Source: an uncultured Verrucomicrobiae bacterium
GTDB taxonomy: Bacteria > Verrucomicrobiota > Verrucomicrobiia > Chthoniobacterales > Chthoniobacteraceae
Reading direction: 5' to 3'
Length of the DNA stretch: 64,000 nt
Assembly (NCBI GenBank): GCA_963769025.1
Contig: CAVYKI010000009.1
Coordinates: 32,001 to 96,000 of the forward strand
Shown here: in pieces, positions 1 to 8,828 of the stretch
Layout of the letters: each line of letters begins with the position of its first letter
Position numbering within the stretch: the first letter of the stretch is position 1
Notes under the pieces: generated by a model
Seen by the model: only the letters and a program-made list of their open reading frames with translations
Database searches by the model: none
Told to the model about the DNA's origin: nothing
Translations under genes and position numbers: made by a program

Positions 1-808
1 AAAGGTTTTGCGCCACGATGCCCTTGAGCGATTCCGCGAGGCTGGAGCGGATCTGGTTCTGCTGGCCGCCCGGGAAGACATCGATGATGCGGTCGATCGT
101 CTTGGGCGCGCTTGGCGTGTGAAGCGTTCCGAAGACGAGATGGCCGGTTTGCGCCGCGGTGAGCGCGAGCTCGATGGTTTCCAAGTCGCGCAACTCGCCG
201 ACGAGGATGATGTCCGGATCTTCACGCAAAGCGCCGCGGAGCGCCGAGGTGAATGACTTGGTGTGGATGCCGACCTCGCGATGATTGATGAGCGATTGCT
301 GGCTCTTGTGGACGAATTCGATCGGGTCCTCGATCGTCAGGATGTGATCCTTTCGCTGGAGGTTCGCAAAATCCACCATCGCCGCGAGGGTCGTGGACTT
401 TCCGGAGCCGGTCGGGCCGGTCACGAGCACGAGACCTTTCTTGAGCATCGCGAATTTCTTGATCACCGGCGGCAGCCCGAGGTCGTCGGCGGTGAGCACC
501 TTGCTCGGGATGAGACGGAACACCGCACCGATCCCGTTTTTCTGGTTGAAGAAATTCGCGCGGTAGCGCGCGAAGCCCGGGTACTCGTAGCCGAAGTCCA
601 CGTCGCCGGTTTCCTCGAACTGTTTGATTTTGTGTTCCGGTGCGATCTCGTAAACGAGCGCCTTGAGGTCATCGCCGCCAAATGGGGCGGCATCGACGCG
701 GACCATTTCGCCGTGGATGCGGAGGATTGGCGGGTTGCCGGTGGAGAGATGCAGATCGGAAGCACCCTGCTCCTTCATGAATTTGAAATACTGATCGATT
801 CGGGCCAT
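1..808 (-). CDS. pilT: Type IV pilus twitching-motility/retraction ATPase (3'-partial, runs off window)
   Basis: Absent from the ORF track; read manually on the minus strand from ATG at 808: MARIDQYFKFMKEQGASDLHLSTGNPP..., Walker A GPTGSGKSTT, TIEDPIE, LREDPDIILVGELRD, GHLVFGTLHT. Confidence 0.93.
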   Translation of the reverse strand, partial: MARIDQYFKFMKEQGASDLHLSTGNPPILRIHGEMVRVDAAPFGGDDLKALVYEIAPEHKIKQFEETGDVDFGYEYPGFARYRANFFNQKNGIGAVFRLIPSKVLTADDLGLPPVIKKFAMLKKGLVLVTGPTGSGKSTTLAAMVDFANLQRKDHILTIEDPIEFVHKSQQSLINHREVGIHTKSFTSALRGALREDPDIILVGELRDLETIELALTAAQTGHLVFGTLHTPSAPKTIDRIIDVFPGGQQNQIRSSLAESLKGIVAQNL

Positions 809-821
809 GCCGTGACGAGAA

Positions 822-837
822 AGCCAGAAGGATGCCA
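822..837 (-). promoter_or_regulatory. Putative sigma54 (-24/-12) promoter of pilT
   Basis: Minus strand TGGCATCCTTCTGGCT = GG-N10-GC, 13 nt before the ATG. Confidence 0.55.
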
Positions 838-947
838 GAGAGGCGTCGGAAATGTATCGGGCCCAGGCGGGAAGGGTGGAACAACTCGCGTCCTCGGGGA
901 ATATGCGTGCCAGCCGCGCATTCCCACCCTCAAACTCCGGCACCTCC

Positions 948-2732
948 ATGAAACTCCACAGACCATTCCTCCCAGCCATCATCGCCGCGGCGCTCCTGCT
1001 CGTGCCACTCAGCCTCAGCGCCCAGGAAAAGGCGGACTCCGGCCCGGCCCCTACACCCGAGGAGAAGCAGGCGGCCGAGGCGCTCTCGAAGCGCGGCGCG
1101 CTCGTGCAGACTCTGGCTGCAGGGGTGAATTGGAGCTACGTGAATTTCCGCGGCATCGAGAAGCCGGATGCCGCGGCCTTTGCGCTCATCGGGAAAATTC
1201 CATCCATCGTCGAACTGGACCTCTCGGGATTGCAGTTCCAGCCGGACGATCTCGCCGGTGTCGCGCATTTGAAGAACCTCAAAAAGCTGAACCTCTCGCG
1301 CAGCAACGCCAACGACGCCGCGCTAGCGCATTTGAAAGGCCTCGCGCAGCTCGAATCGCTGAACCTTTTCCACACTGACGTCACGGACGCAGGGCTGCAG
1401 CAACTCACCGGCCTCACGAAGCTCAAGCGCATCTACGTCTTCGAGTCCAAGGTGACGGATGCCGGAGCCGCGGCGCTCGCGAAGGCGCTGCCGACGCTGC
1501 GGATCGAACGCGGATGGGACCTCACGCTTCCGCCCGCGACGGCCGCCGTCGCCAAGCCCGAGGAGACGCCCCAGCCGAAGCCCGAGCCGCCAAAGCCCGC
1601 GCCTGCCCCGGCAGCGAAGCCCGCCGCGCTCGCTCCCGCGAAGCCCGAGGAAGCCGGGATGGACTCCGCAAAGCTCGCCGCCATCAAGCCGGCGATGGAG
1701 GAGCTGTTGAAACAGAAGCGCGCCGCAGGAGTGGTGACGCTGATCGTGCGCGACGGACGCCTCGTCCACCAGGAGGCAGCGGGCATGGCGAACATCGAGA
1801 CGAAGAAGGCCATGACGCCCGATGCGATTTTCTGGATCGCCTCGATGACCAAGAGTCTCACATCGACCGCGGTGATGATCCTCGCGGACGAGGGCAAGCT
1901 CACGCTCGACGAGCCCGCCTCGAAGTGGATTCCCGAACTCGCGAAGGTGAAGGTGGAGAAGGACGAAGTGCTTGCCCGCCCCATCACGCTGCGCGACTTG
2001 CTCTCCCACACGAGCGGAATTCCCGACCCGCCGCGCAAGCCGACCGATGGCAACGTGCCGATCGCGCAGTACGCGCTCGACCTGCTCAAGGAACCGTTCG
2101 AGTTCCAGCCGGGCAGCAAATTCGAGTACGGCTTCGGACTCACCGTCGCGGGCCGCATCATCGAGATCGTCAGCGGCAAGACTTTCGAGCAGTTCGTCGG
2201 CGAGCGCATCATCGCCCCGCTCGGCATGAAGGACTCCACATGGCATCCCGACGCCCCGCAGCGCGCACGCGTCGCGCGCACGTACAAGTTCAGCGGCGAC
2301 GCACTCGTCCCCGCGCACAATGCATTCCTCACTTCCGAGCCCGACATCCGGCGCGAGGCCGAGCCGAGCGGCGGACTTTTCTCCACCGCCGCGGACATGG
2401 CGCGTTTTTACCAGATGGTGCTGAATGGCGGTGAACTCGACGGCAAGCGCATCGTGAGCGCGAAGGGCGTCGCCGAAATGACGAAGCCCCACACCGTCGG
2501 CGGAAAGCCGATCTCGTACAGCCTCGGCTGGTACAACAACGCCGGGGAAAAGAAGCCGACCCCGCACATGTCGGACAAGTCCTTCGGCCACGGCGGCGCC
2601 TTTGGCACGCATGGCTGGATCGATCCGGAGAAAAAGATGGTCACTGTCCTCATGGTGCAGGATGTCCTCGTCCCGAAGGGCGGGGAATTGCGCGACAAGT
2701 TCCTCGAACTCGCCGCCGGTGCCGTGAAGTAG
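948..2732 (+). CDS. Exported LRR-domain / serine hydrolase (beta-lactamase class C/esterase family) fusion
   Basis: Signal peptide MKLHRPFLPAIIAAALLL; LRRs (LKKLNLSRSNANDAALAHL, LESLNLFHTDVTDAGL); Pro/Ala linker; SxxK (SMTK), LLSHTSG, FEYG, GHGG. Confidence 0.85.
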   Translation: MKLHRPFLPAIIAAALLLVPLSLSAQEKADSGPAPTPEEKQAAEALSKRGALVQTLAAGVNWSYVNFRGIEKPDAAAFALIGKIPSIVELDLSGLQFQPDDLAGVAHLKNLKKLNLSRSNANDAALAHLKGLAQLESLNLFHTDVTDAGLQQLTGLTKLKRIYVFESKVTDAGAAALAKALPTLRIERGWDLTLPPATAAVAKPEETPQPKPEPPKPAPAPAAKPAALAPAKPEEAGMDSAKLAAIKPAMEELLKQKRAAGVVTLIVRDGRLVHQEAAGMANIETKKAMTPDAIFWIASMTKSLTSTAVMILADEGKLTLDEPASKWIPELAKVKVEKDEVLARPITLRDLLSHTSGIPDPPRKPTDGNVPIAQYALDLLKEPFEFQPGSKFEYGFGLTVAGRIIEIVSGKTFEQFVGERIIAPLGMKDSTWHPDAPQRARVARTYKFSGDALVPAHNAFLTSEPDIRREAEPSGGLFSTAADMARFYQMVLNGGELDGKRIVSAKGVAEMTKPHTVGGKPISYSLGWYNNAGEKKPTPHMSDKSFGHGGAFGTHGWIDPEKKMVTVLMVQDVLVPKGGELRDKFLELAAGAVK

Positions 2733-2768
2733 CCCGCGGAATCGCGGAGGCGAAACGCGGAGGTGCAG

Positions 2769-3296
2769 CTACGCGACTGCGTGCCGCCGCGATTCCGCGA
2801 TGACCGGGACCGGCCGGCTGCCGCGTTCGAGCGCGAGCAGGAATCGCTTCCGCTCCAGCCCGCCACCGTAGCCGGTCAGCGAGCCATCCGCGCCGATGAC
2901 GCGATGGCAAGGGATAACGATCGAGATGGGATTGCGTCCGTTCGCGAGCCCCACCGCGCGGACCGCACGCGGGTTCCCGATGCGTGCCGCGATCTCCCCA
3001 TAGCTCATCATCGCTCCGTACGGAATGTCGCGCAGCGCCTGCCAGACCCTTCTCTGGAAATCGGTCCCAGCCGGTCCCAGGGCGAGCGAAAATTCCCGGC
3101 GTTCCCCGGCAAAATATTCCTCCAATTGCCGCAGCGCCTCGCGCAGCGGCTCCGCGTCCCGCACCGCGCCGATCGCTCGCGGCGCCTCATGGCGATGGTT
3201 TTCCATGAAAACCCCCGTAAGCGCGGATTCCGTCCCGCGCAGTTCCAGCGTGCCGATGGGCGAGGGAAATTCCGTGAAAAAGGTTTTCGGGCTCAT
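2769..3296 (-). CDS. ogt: Methylated-DNA--protein-cysteine methyltransferase
   Basis: Active-site [24 protein letters not shown]. Confidence 0.95.
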   Translation of the reverse strand: MSPKTFFTEFPSPIGTLELRGTESALTGVFMENHRHEAPRAIGAVRDAEPLREALRQLEEYFAGERREFSLALGPAGTDFQRRVWQALRDIPYGAMMSYGEIAARIGNPRAVRAVGLANGRNPISIVIPCHRVIGADGSLTGYGGGLERKRFLLALERGSRPVPVIAESRRHAVA

Positions 3297-3329
3297 CACT
3301 CGTGGAGCTGCATGGTGGAGCAGTACCCG

Positions 3330-4587
3330 TCAGCGGTCGCACTCGCCCATCACGAAGTCGAGCGAGCCGAGGATGCTCACGACGTCGCTCATCATGTGGC
3401 CGGGCAGGAGCTTCGGCAGGATGCTGAGATTGACGAAGCGAGGGGCTGCGGATCTTCAGGCGATAGGGCGTGCCGCCGCCCTTGCTGTAAATGTAGAAAC
3501 CGAGTTCGCCCTTCGGGTTTTCCGCGCCGAAATAGACTTCGCCCGCGGGGGCCTTCGATGCCCTCGGTGTGCGATGATGAAGTGGTGGATGAGCTCCTCC
3601 ATCTTCGTCAGCACCGTGGTCTTCGGCGGCGGATAGTTCTTCGGGTCGTTCACGTTGACCACGCGCCGTCGGGCATCGTGTCGCAGACCTGGCGCAGGAT
3701 GCGGACGCTCTGGCGGATCTCCTCCATGCGCATGAGGTAGCGGTCGTAGCTGTCGCCGACGGAGCCGATCGGCACGTCGAAATCATACTGCTCGTAGCCG
3801 AGGTAAGGCTGGCGCTTGCGGAGGTCGTGGTCCACGCCGCAGGCGCGGAGGTTCGGCCCGCTGAGGCCGTAGGAAATGGCGTCTTCCTTCGAGATGATGC
3901 CGATGTCCTTCGTGCGGTCCACGAAGATGCGGTTTCGCGTGAGCAGCTTGTCCGTCTCGTCCACGACCGGCAGCACGCCGTCGCAGAAATTTCCGCACCG
4001 CATCGAGGAAGCCGTCGGGCAGGTCGCGCTCTGCGCCGCCGATGCGCGTGTAGCTCGTGGTGAAGCGCGCGCCGGTGAGTTGCTCGGTGAGGTTGTAGAC
4101 GATTTCGCGCTGCTGGAAGGTGTAGAGGAAGACCGTCATCGCGCCCGTATCCATGGCGAAGCAGCCGAGCCCGAGCAGGTGCGCGCTGATGCGTGCCAGT
4201 TCGCAGCAGAGCACGCGGATGGCCTGGCCGCGCGGCGGCAATTCCCAGCCCATGAGCTTTTCCACGGCGAGCGCGTAGGCGACGTTGTTCGCGAGCGGCG
4301 CGAGGTAGTCCAGCCGGTCCGTGTAGGGCACGAACTGGTTGTAGGTCATGTTCTCCGCGATCTTCTCGTCGCCGCGGTGCAGGTAGCCGACGTCGGGCGT
4401 GGCCTTGGTGATGTATTCGCCGTCCAGTCTCCAGGATGAGCCGCAGCACGCCATGCGTCGCGGGATGCGACGGCCCCATGTTGATGATCATCTTCTCGCC
4501 GAGCGCGTCGCCGGCAGTTCGCGAGAGCCCGTCCTGTGTGCGGGCGATGGAATCCGGGACTTCAAACTCAACGGTGCTTGCGGCCAT
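3330..4587 (-). CDS. nuoD: NADH-quinone oxidoreductase subunit D (several apparent frameshifts)
   Basis: [52 protein letters not shown]-terminal DFVMGECDR*; pieces lie in several frames. Confidence 0.9.
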
Positions 4588-4683
4588 GTTCGTGCGATTT
4601 TGTGCGCGGGACGATGCGAGCGCTGCAACAGCGGCGCAAGGCATTTTCTGGATCCGTGGGGCTGCGAAGCGTGTCCGGGGTTT

Positions 4684-4764
4684 TCATCCGCAGATTGCGC
4701 AGATTTCCGCAGATGGAAGCAGGCGCTGATTTTCTCTGCGCGAATCTGCGCAATCTGCGGATGA
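4684..4764. repeat. REP-like palindrome with perfect 22-bp arms
   Basis: TCATCCGCAGATTGCGCAGATT (4684-4705) is the exact reverse complement of 4743-4764; built from CGCAGAT(T) units. Confidence 0.85.
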
Positions 4765-4796
4765 TTTTCCTCACTTTCTGCGGACACGCTTGAGAA

Positions 4797-4826
4797 TTGC
4801 CGGGCATGGCATCGAGCGCGTAGCGT
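4797..4826 (+). promoter_or_regulatory. Putative sigma70 promoter of lpxI operon (near-leaderless)
   Basis: TTGCCG-18nt-TAGCGT, then 9 nt to TTG start; no Shine-Dalgarno. Confidence 0.5.
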
Positions 4827-4835
4827 GCGCGCGCT

Positions 4836-5646
4836 TTGGAAACACCCGACTCACTCGCCATCATCGCCGGAAACGGCAGTTACCCGTTTGCGATGGCACG
4901 CGGGGCGCGAAAGGCGGGCGTGGTGCGGATCGTCGCTGCGTCATTCACCGATGAGACGAGTGACCGGCTCGCCGCCGAGGTGGACGACATCGAGTGGCTG
5001 CGCGTCGGTCAACTTGGGAAGCTGCTCACGTTTCTGGAAAAGAGCGGTGTGCGGCACGCGGTGATGGCAGGCCAGATCGCGCCGAAAAACCTTTTTGACC
5101 TGCGGCCGGATTTCAAGGCGCTCTTCCTCCTCGCACGGCTGAAGCGCCGCAACGCCGAGACCATCTTCGCCGCGATCGGCGAGGAGATGCAGAAGATCGG
5201 CGTCGAACTGATCCCGGCGACGACTTTCATGGAGCGAGCACCTCGCGCCTGCCGGCCTCATCGCCGGGCCGCGGCTGAAGGCGCGCGTCGAGGACGATCT
5301 CCGCTACGGGCACGACATCGCGAAGGAAGTCAGTCGCCTCGACATCGGCCAGACCGTTCTCGTGAAGAACGGGACCGTGCTCGCGGTCGAGGGCTTCGAG
5401 GGCACGAATGAATGCATCAAGCGCGGCGGCGCGCTCGGCCGCGGCGACGCGGTGATGGTGAAAGTCAGCAAGCCCGGCCAGGATTTGCGCTTCGACGTGC
5501 CCGTCATCGGTCCCGTCACGCTGGAGATTTGCCGCGAAGCGGGCGTGCGCGTGATCGGCATCGAGGCAGGCCGCACGATCATCCTGGAACGCGACCGCGT
5601 GAACGCCCTCGCTGCGCAGCACAAACTTTCGATCTTCGGCCTGTGA
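4836..5646 (+). CDS. lpxI: UDP-2,3-diacylglucosamine diphosphatase LpxI family (frameshift near 5240)
   Basis: LAIIAGNGSYP, VGQLGK, LDIGQ, AVEGFEGT, KPGQDLRFDVPVIG; upstream of lpxB. Confidence 0.88.
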
Positions 5647-5649
5647 CGC

Positions 5650-6690
5650 ATGGAAAAATCAGAAATCAGAAATCAGAAATCAGCAATCCGTCTCGGCGTC
5701 ATCGGCACCGGCAGCATGGGGAAAAACCATGCGCGCATTTTCTCCGAGCTGCCGGATGCAAAGTTCACCGCCATCCTCGACACGCGCGAGGACGTGGCGC
5801 GCGAGATGGCTGCGAAGTTCGGCGCGGAGCCGGTGACCTCGCTGGAGAATTTCATCCCGCTCGTGGATGCAGCCACCGTCGCGACGCCGACGGTCACCCA
5901 TTTCGAAATCGCGAAGGCGCTGCTCGATGCGGGCAAGCATGTGCTCGTGGAGAAGCCGTTCACCGAGACCCCCGAGCAGGCGCGCGAACTGTGCGACCTC
6001 GCGCAGGACCGCGGGCTCGTGCTGCAGGTCGGCCACATCGAGCGCTTCAATCCCGTGATGTCTGCGCTGGAGAAGCGGCTCAGTGCGCCGCGCTTCATCG
6101 AGGCCACGCGGCTCTCGCCGTATCCGGGGCGCAGCCTCGATGTCGGCGTGGTGCTCGATGTGATGATCCACGATTTGGAAATCATCCTGCACCTCGTGCG
6201 CTCGCCGTGGGTGCAGGTGGATGCGGTGGGCGTGGCGATCCTCAGCAAGCGCGAGGACATCGCGAATGTCCGCATCCGCTTTGAAAACGGCTGCGTCGCG
6301 AACATCACCGCATCGCGCATCAGCCAGGACAAGGTGCGGAAGATCCGCGTCTTCCAGCCGGACGCGTATCTCTCGCTCGATTACCAGAAGCAGGAGGGCT
6401 ACCTGTTGCGCCTCGCCGGGGAGGGGGAGAAGGAGAGCACGTTCCTCGGGAAGATTTTCGGCCTCGCGACGGATGCGACGATCGTCACCGAGTTCGCCGG
6501 CAAGCGCATCGTGCGCGAGCCCGTCGCGATTGACAAAGATGAGCCGCTGAAGCGCGAACTGGTTTCATTCGTCGAGTGCGCGCGCGCCGGTGCGCAGCCG
6601 AAGGTGTCGGGCCGCGAGGCAACGGCGGCGCTGGAACTCGCGCTGGAGATCACGCGCCAGATCGAAGCGGCGAACGTGAAGCCGGCATGA
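5650..6690 (+). CDS. Gfo/Idh/MocA oxidoreductase, GnnA-like (putative UDP-GlcNAc 3-dehydrogenase)
   Basis: GVIGTGSMG, HVLVEKP, QVGHIERFNP, DVMIHD; sits between lpxI and lpxB with ATGA overlap. Confidence 0.85.
   Translation: MEKSEIRNQKSAIRLGVIGTGSMGKNHARIFSELPDAKFTAILDTREDVAREMAAKFGAEPVTSLENFIPLVDAATVATPTVTHFEIAKALLDAGKHVLVEKPFTETPEQARELCDLAQDRGLVLQVGHIERFNPVMSALEKRLSAPRFIEATRLSPYPGRSLDVGVVLDVMIHDLEIILHLVRSPWVQVDAVGVAILSKREDIANVRIRFENGCVANITASRISQDKVRKIRVFQPDAYLSLDYQKQEGYLLRLAGEGEKESTFLGKIFGLATDATIVTEFAGKRIVREPVAIDKDEPLKRELVSFVECARAGAQPKVSGREATAALELALEITRQIEAANVKPA
5656..5690 (+). repeat. Heptamer tandem repeat (AAATCAG)x4 plus one degenerate unit inside the 5' coding region
   Basis: AAATCAG AAATCAG AAATCAG AAATCAG CAATCCG, translated as KSEIRNQKSAI. 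Confidence 0.9.
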
Positions 6691-7805
6691 AGTTCTACGT
6701 CGTCGCAGGTGAAGCGAGCGGGGATTCGCGCGGTGTCGAACTGCTGCGCGCGATCCGCGAGCGCGCGCCGGGTACGGAATTCCTCGGAGCAGGGGGGCGC
6801 GAGATGCGCGCCTTCGCGGGAGACGCGATTTTCGACTGGGCGGACGAGGCGGTCGTGGGCCTGTGGGACGTGCTAAAAAATTACGGCTACTTCCGCAAAC
6901 AGTTCCACCGGATGCTCGCGGAGATCGAAGCATCGAAGCCCGACGCGCTCATCACGATCGACTACCCCGGCTTCAACATGCGCCTCGCAAAGGCGGCGAA
7001 GGCCCGGATGCCGGGCCTGCGCACGATCCACTACGTGAGTCCGCAAGTGTGGGCGTGGCACCGCGGGCGCATCCCGAAGATGGCGAAATTTCTCGACCTC
7101 ATGCTGTGCCTGTTCCCGTTCGAGCTGCCGCTGTATGCGGATGCCGGTTTGCGCGCCGTGTGCGTCGGCCATCCGCTGCTCGATTCGCTGGCGGCGGAAA
7201 AACGGGAGCAGCCGCGCGATGCGTCGCTCGTCGCGTTGCTGCCCGGCAGCCGGGGCAAGGAAGTGCGGAAGATTTTCCCCGTCATGATCGAGGCCGCGAA
7301 ACGGCTGAAGCAATCCCGCCCCGCGTTGCGCTTCGAGGCCGCCGCCGCGCGCGAAACGCTCGCGGAGGAAATGCGGGCGATGCTTGCCGCGCACGGATGC
7401 GAAGATGGCTTCTGCACGCTCTCGCTCCGCACCGCGCATGATCTCATGCAGCGCGCCAGCGCGGGCATGGTGTGCAGCGGCACAGCAACGCTCGAAAGCA
7501 CGTTTTTCGGCCTGCCGATGGTGATACTTTACAAGGTCGCATGGCTCACCTGGGCGGTCGGCAAGCGTCTCGTGAAAATCCCGTGGCTCGGACTGCCGAA
7601 CGTCCTCGCCGGACGAGAAATCGCGCGTGAATTCCTCCAGGATGACGCGCAGCCAGGGCCGATCGCCGCGGAAATCTTCCGTCTGCTCGAAGACACCTCC
7701 GTCCGAGAGAATCAGCAGCGCGCGCAGGCCGAAGTCATCGCGAGCCTCGGGGAACGTGGCGCGGCGAACCGCGCGGCCGCGGCGATCCTCGATGGGGGAC
7801 TGTGA
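6687..7805 (+). CDS. lpxB: Lipid-A-disaccharide synthase
   Basis: VAGEASGD, IDYPGFN, YVSPQVWAW, LLPGSR, SGTATLE, LPNVL. Confidence 0.95.
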   Translation: MKFYVVAGEASGDSRGVELLRAIRERAPGTEFLGAGGREMRAFAGDAIFDWADEAVVGLWDVLKNYGYFRKQFHRMLAEIEASKPDALITIDYPGFNMRLAKAAKARMPGLRTIHYVSPQVWAWHRGRIPKMAKFLDLMLCLFPFELPLYADAGLRAVCVGHPLLDSLAAEKREQPRDASLVALLPGSRGKEVRKIFPVMIEAAKRLKQSRPALRFEAAAARETLAEEMRAMLAAHGCEDGFCTLSLRTAHDLMQRASAGMVCSGTATLESTFFGLPMVILYKVAWLTWAVGKRLVKIPWLGLPNVLAGREIAREFLQDDAQPGPIAAEIFRLLEDTSVRENQQRAQAEVIASLGERGAANRAAAAILDGGL

Positions 7806-7840
7806 GACGTCCCACATGAAGTGCGCAGTTTGCGCGTGCT

Positions 7841-8668
7841 TCATTTCGGGCTGCTCGTCGGGCGGAATGTCAGCGTGACGGTGGACGCCGATTTTCCAGG
7901 CGCGATCTTGGTCAGGTCCACTTCAAAGGGGCGCGCGAGGCTGTTGCCGGCGAGATCTTCGAGGATGGAATCCGCGGCCAGCGTGTGTGCTTCGGCGTTC
8001 CACGGATGCGCGGGGATGAAGGACCACGTTTGATCCCGATCCGAGATGGTGACGCTGCCGGCCAGCGGATTGTTGCCTGCACCGAGCACTCGGATGCAGC
8101 GCAGCAAGAGCGCGTGATCGAGGGGCGCGGGAAAGCGGATTGTGAGCGGGACCAGGGAACCGGCGGGAGGGGAAGTGATTCGCCAGGTGTTTGCATCGAG
8201 CTGTGCGTGGGCGGGAGCGATGGCGCGGAAACGTTTTTGGAAATCAGCGCCGAGGCCCACGCCGTCCTCCGACGCCCACTTCCCCGAGACCACGAGCGTG
8301 TAACCGCGGCCGGTGTGCAGCACCGGGCCGAATTCCACGTTGAGATTCACGCCCGTCTTCTGCCGTCCGGGGTGAAGCCAGAGCGTGAGTCGTGTGCGAT
8401 CGTCGGACCACAGTTCCGTCTCGCGAAATGGTTCGGGGACCTCCGCGCCGCGCTCATCGCGCAGCGAACAGTGCTGGAGGAACACGCCCTGCCGCATCGG
8501 TTGGGAAAAGTGGATGTAGAATTTGAGATGATTCGCGGGCACTTCGTCACCGCTTGGATAAATCGCGGTGATGGTCGGAGTGCGCGCATCCTCCGCGCTG
8601 GCGGGTGGCACCAGCGCGCACCACGTGGCGAGGATCAGAGGCAATGCGGTTCGCAATCTGCGAGCCAT
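7841..8668 (-). CDS. Exported hypothetical protein with two Ig-like (Big_5/SbsA-like) domains
   Basis: Signal peptide; IYPSGDEVPANHLKFYIHFSQPM, TIRFPAPLD, WSFIP, LEDLAGNSL. Confidence 0.7.
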   Translation of the reverse strand: MARRLRTALPLILATWCALVPPASAEDARTPTITAIYPSGDEVPANHLKFYIHFSQPMRQGVFLQHCSLRDERGAEVPEPFRETELWSDDRTRLTLWLHPGRQKTGVNLNVEFGPVLHTGRGYTLVVSGKWASEDGVGLGADFQKRFRAIAPAHAQLDANTWRITSPPAGSLVPLTIRFPAPLDHALLLRCIRVLGAGNNPLAGSVTISDRDQTWSFIPAHPWNAEAHTLAADSILEDLAGNSLARPFEVDLTKIAPGKSASTVTLTFRPTSSPK

Positions 8669-8708
8669 GAGAGGCTGCGTGCTTCGCAGGCGCTCATGCC
8701 CATTTTTC

Positions 8709-8803
8709 AACGCAGAGGCGCGGAGAAAAATGAGAGGTACGCGGAGGAGCGTTTCCCAAGAGTCCTCTGCGTTTCTCTCCATTCCACTCAGCGTCTCCGC
8801 GTT
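8709..8803. repeat. Imperfect REP-like long palindrome
   Basis: AACGCAGAGGCGCGGAG...ACGCGGAGGA versus TCCTCTGCGT...CTCAGCGTCTCCGCGTT, in the gap between two co-oriented genes. Confidence 0.7.
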
Positions 8804-8828
8804 CAATCCCGCTCTCCAGGACTCTTCC

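Noticed and set aside
8..1378. ORFs 8-256 and 263-1378 (+)
   Set aside because: Antisense shadows of pilT and off-frame overlap with the LRR-hydrolase gene; no protein motifs
1659..2732. Antibiotic-resistance beta-lactamase
   Set aside because: HGG instead of KTG and no YxN; typical of esterase/peptidase members of the family; resistance is unsupported
3330..4587. [NiFe]-hydrogenase large subunit
   Set aside because: No CxxC Ni-binding motifs at either end (has RLDY and DFVMGECDR), consistent with NuoD
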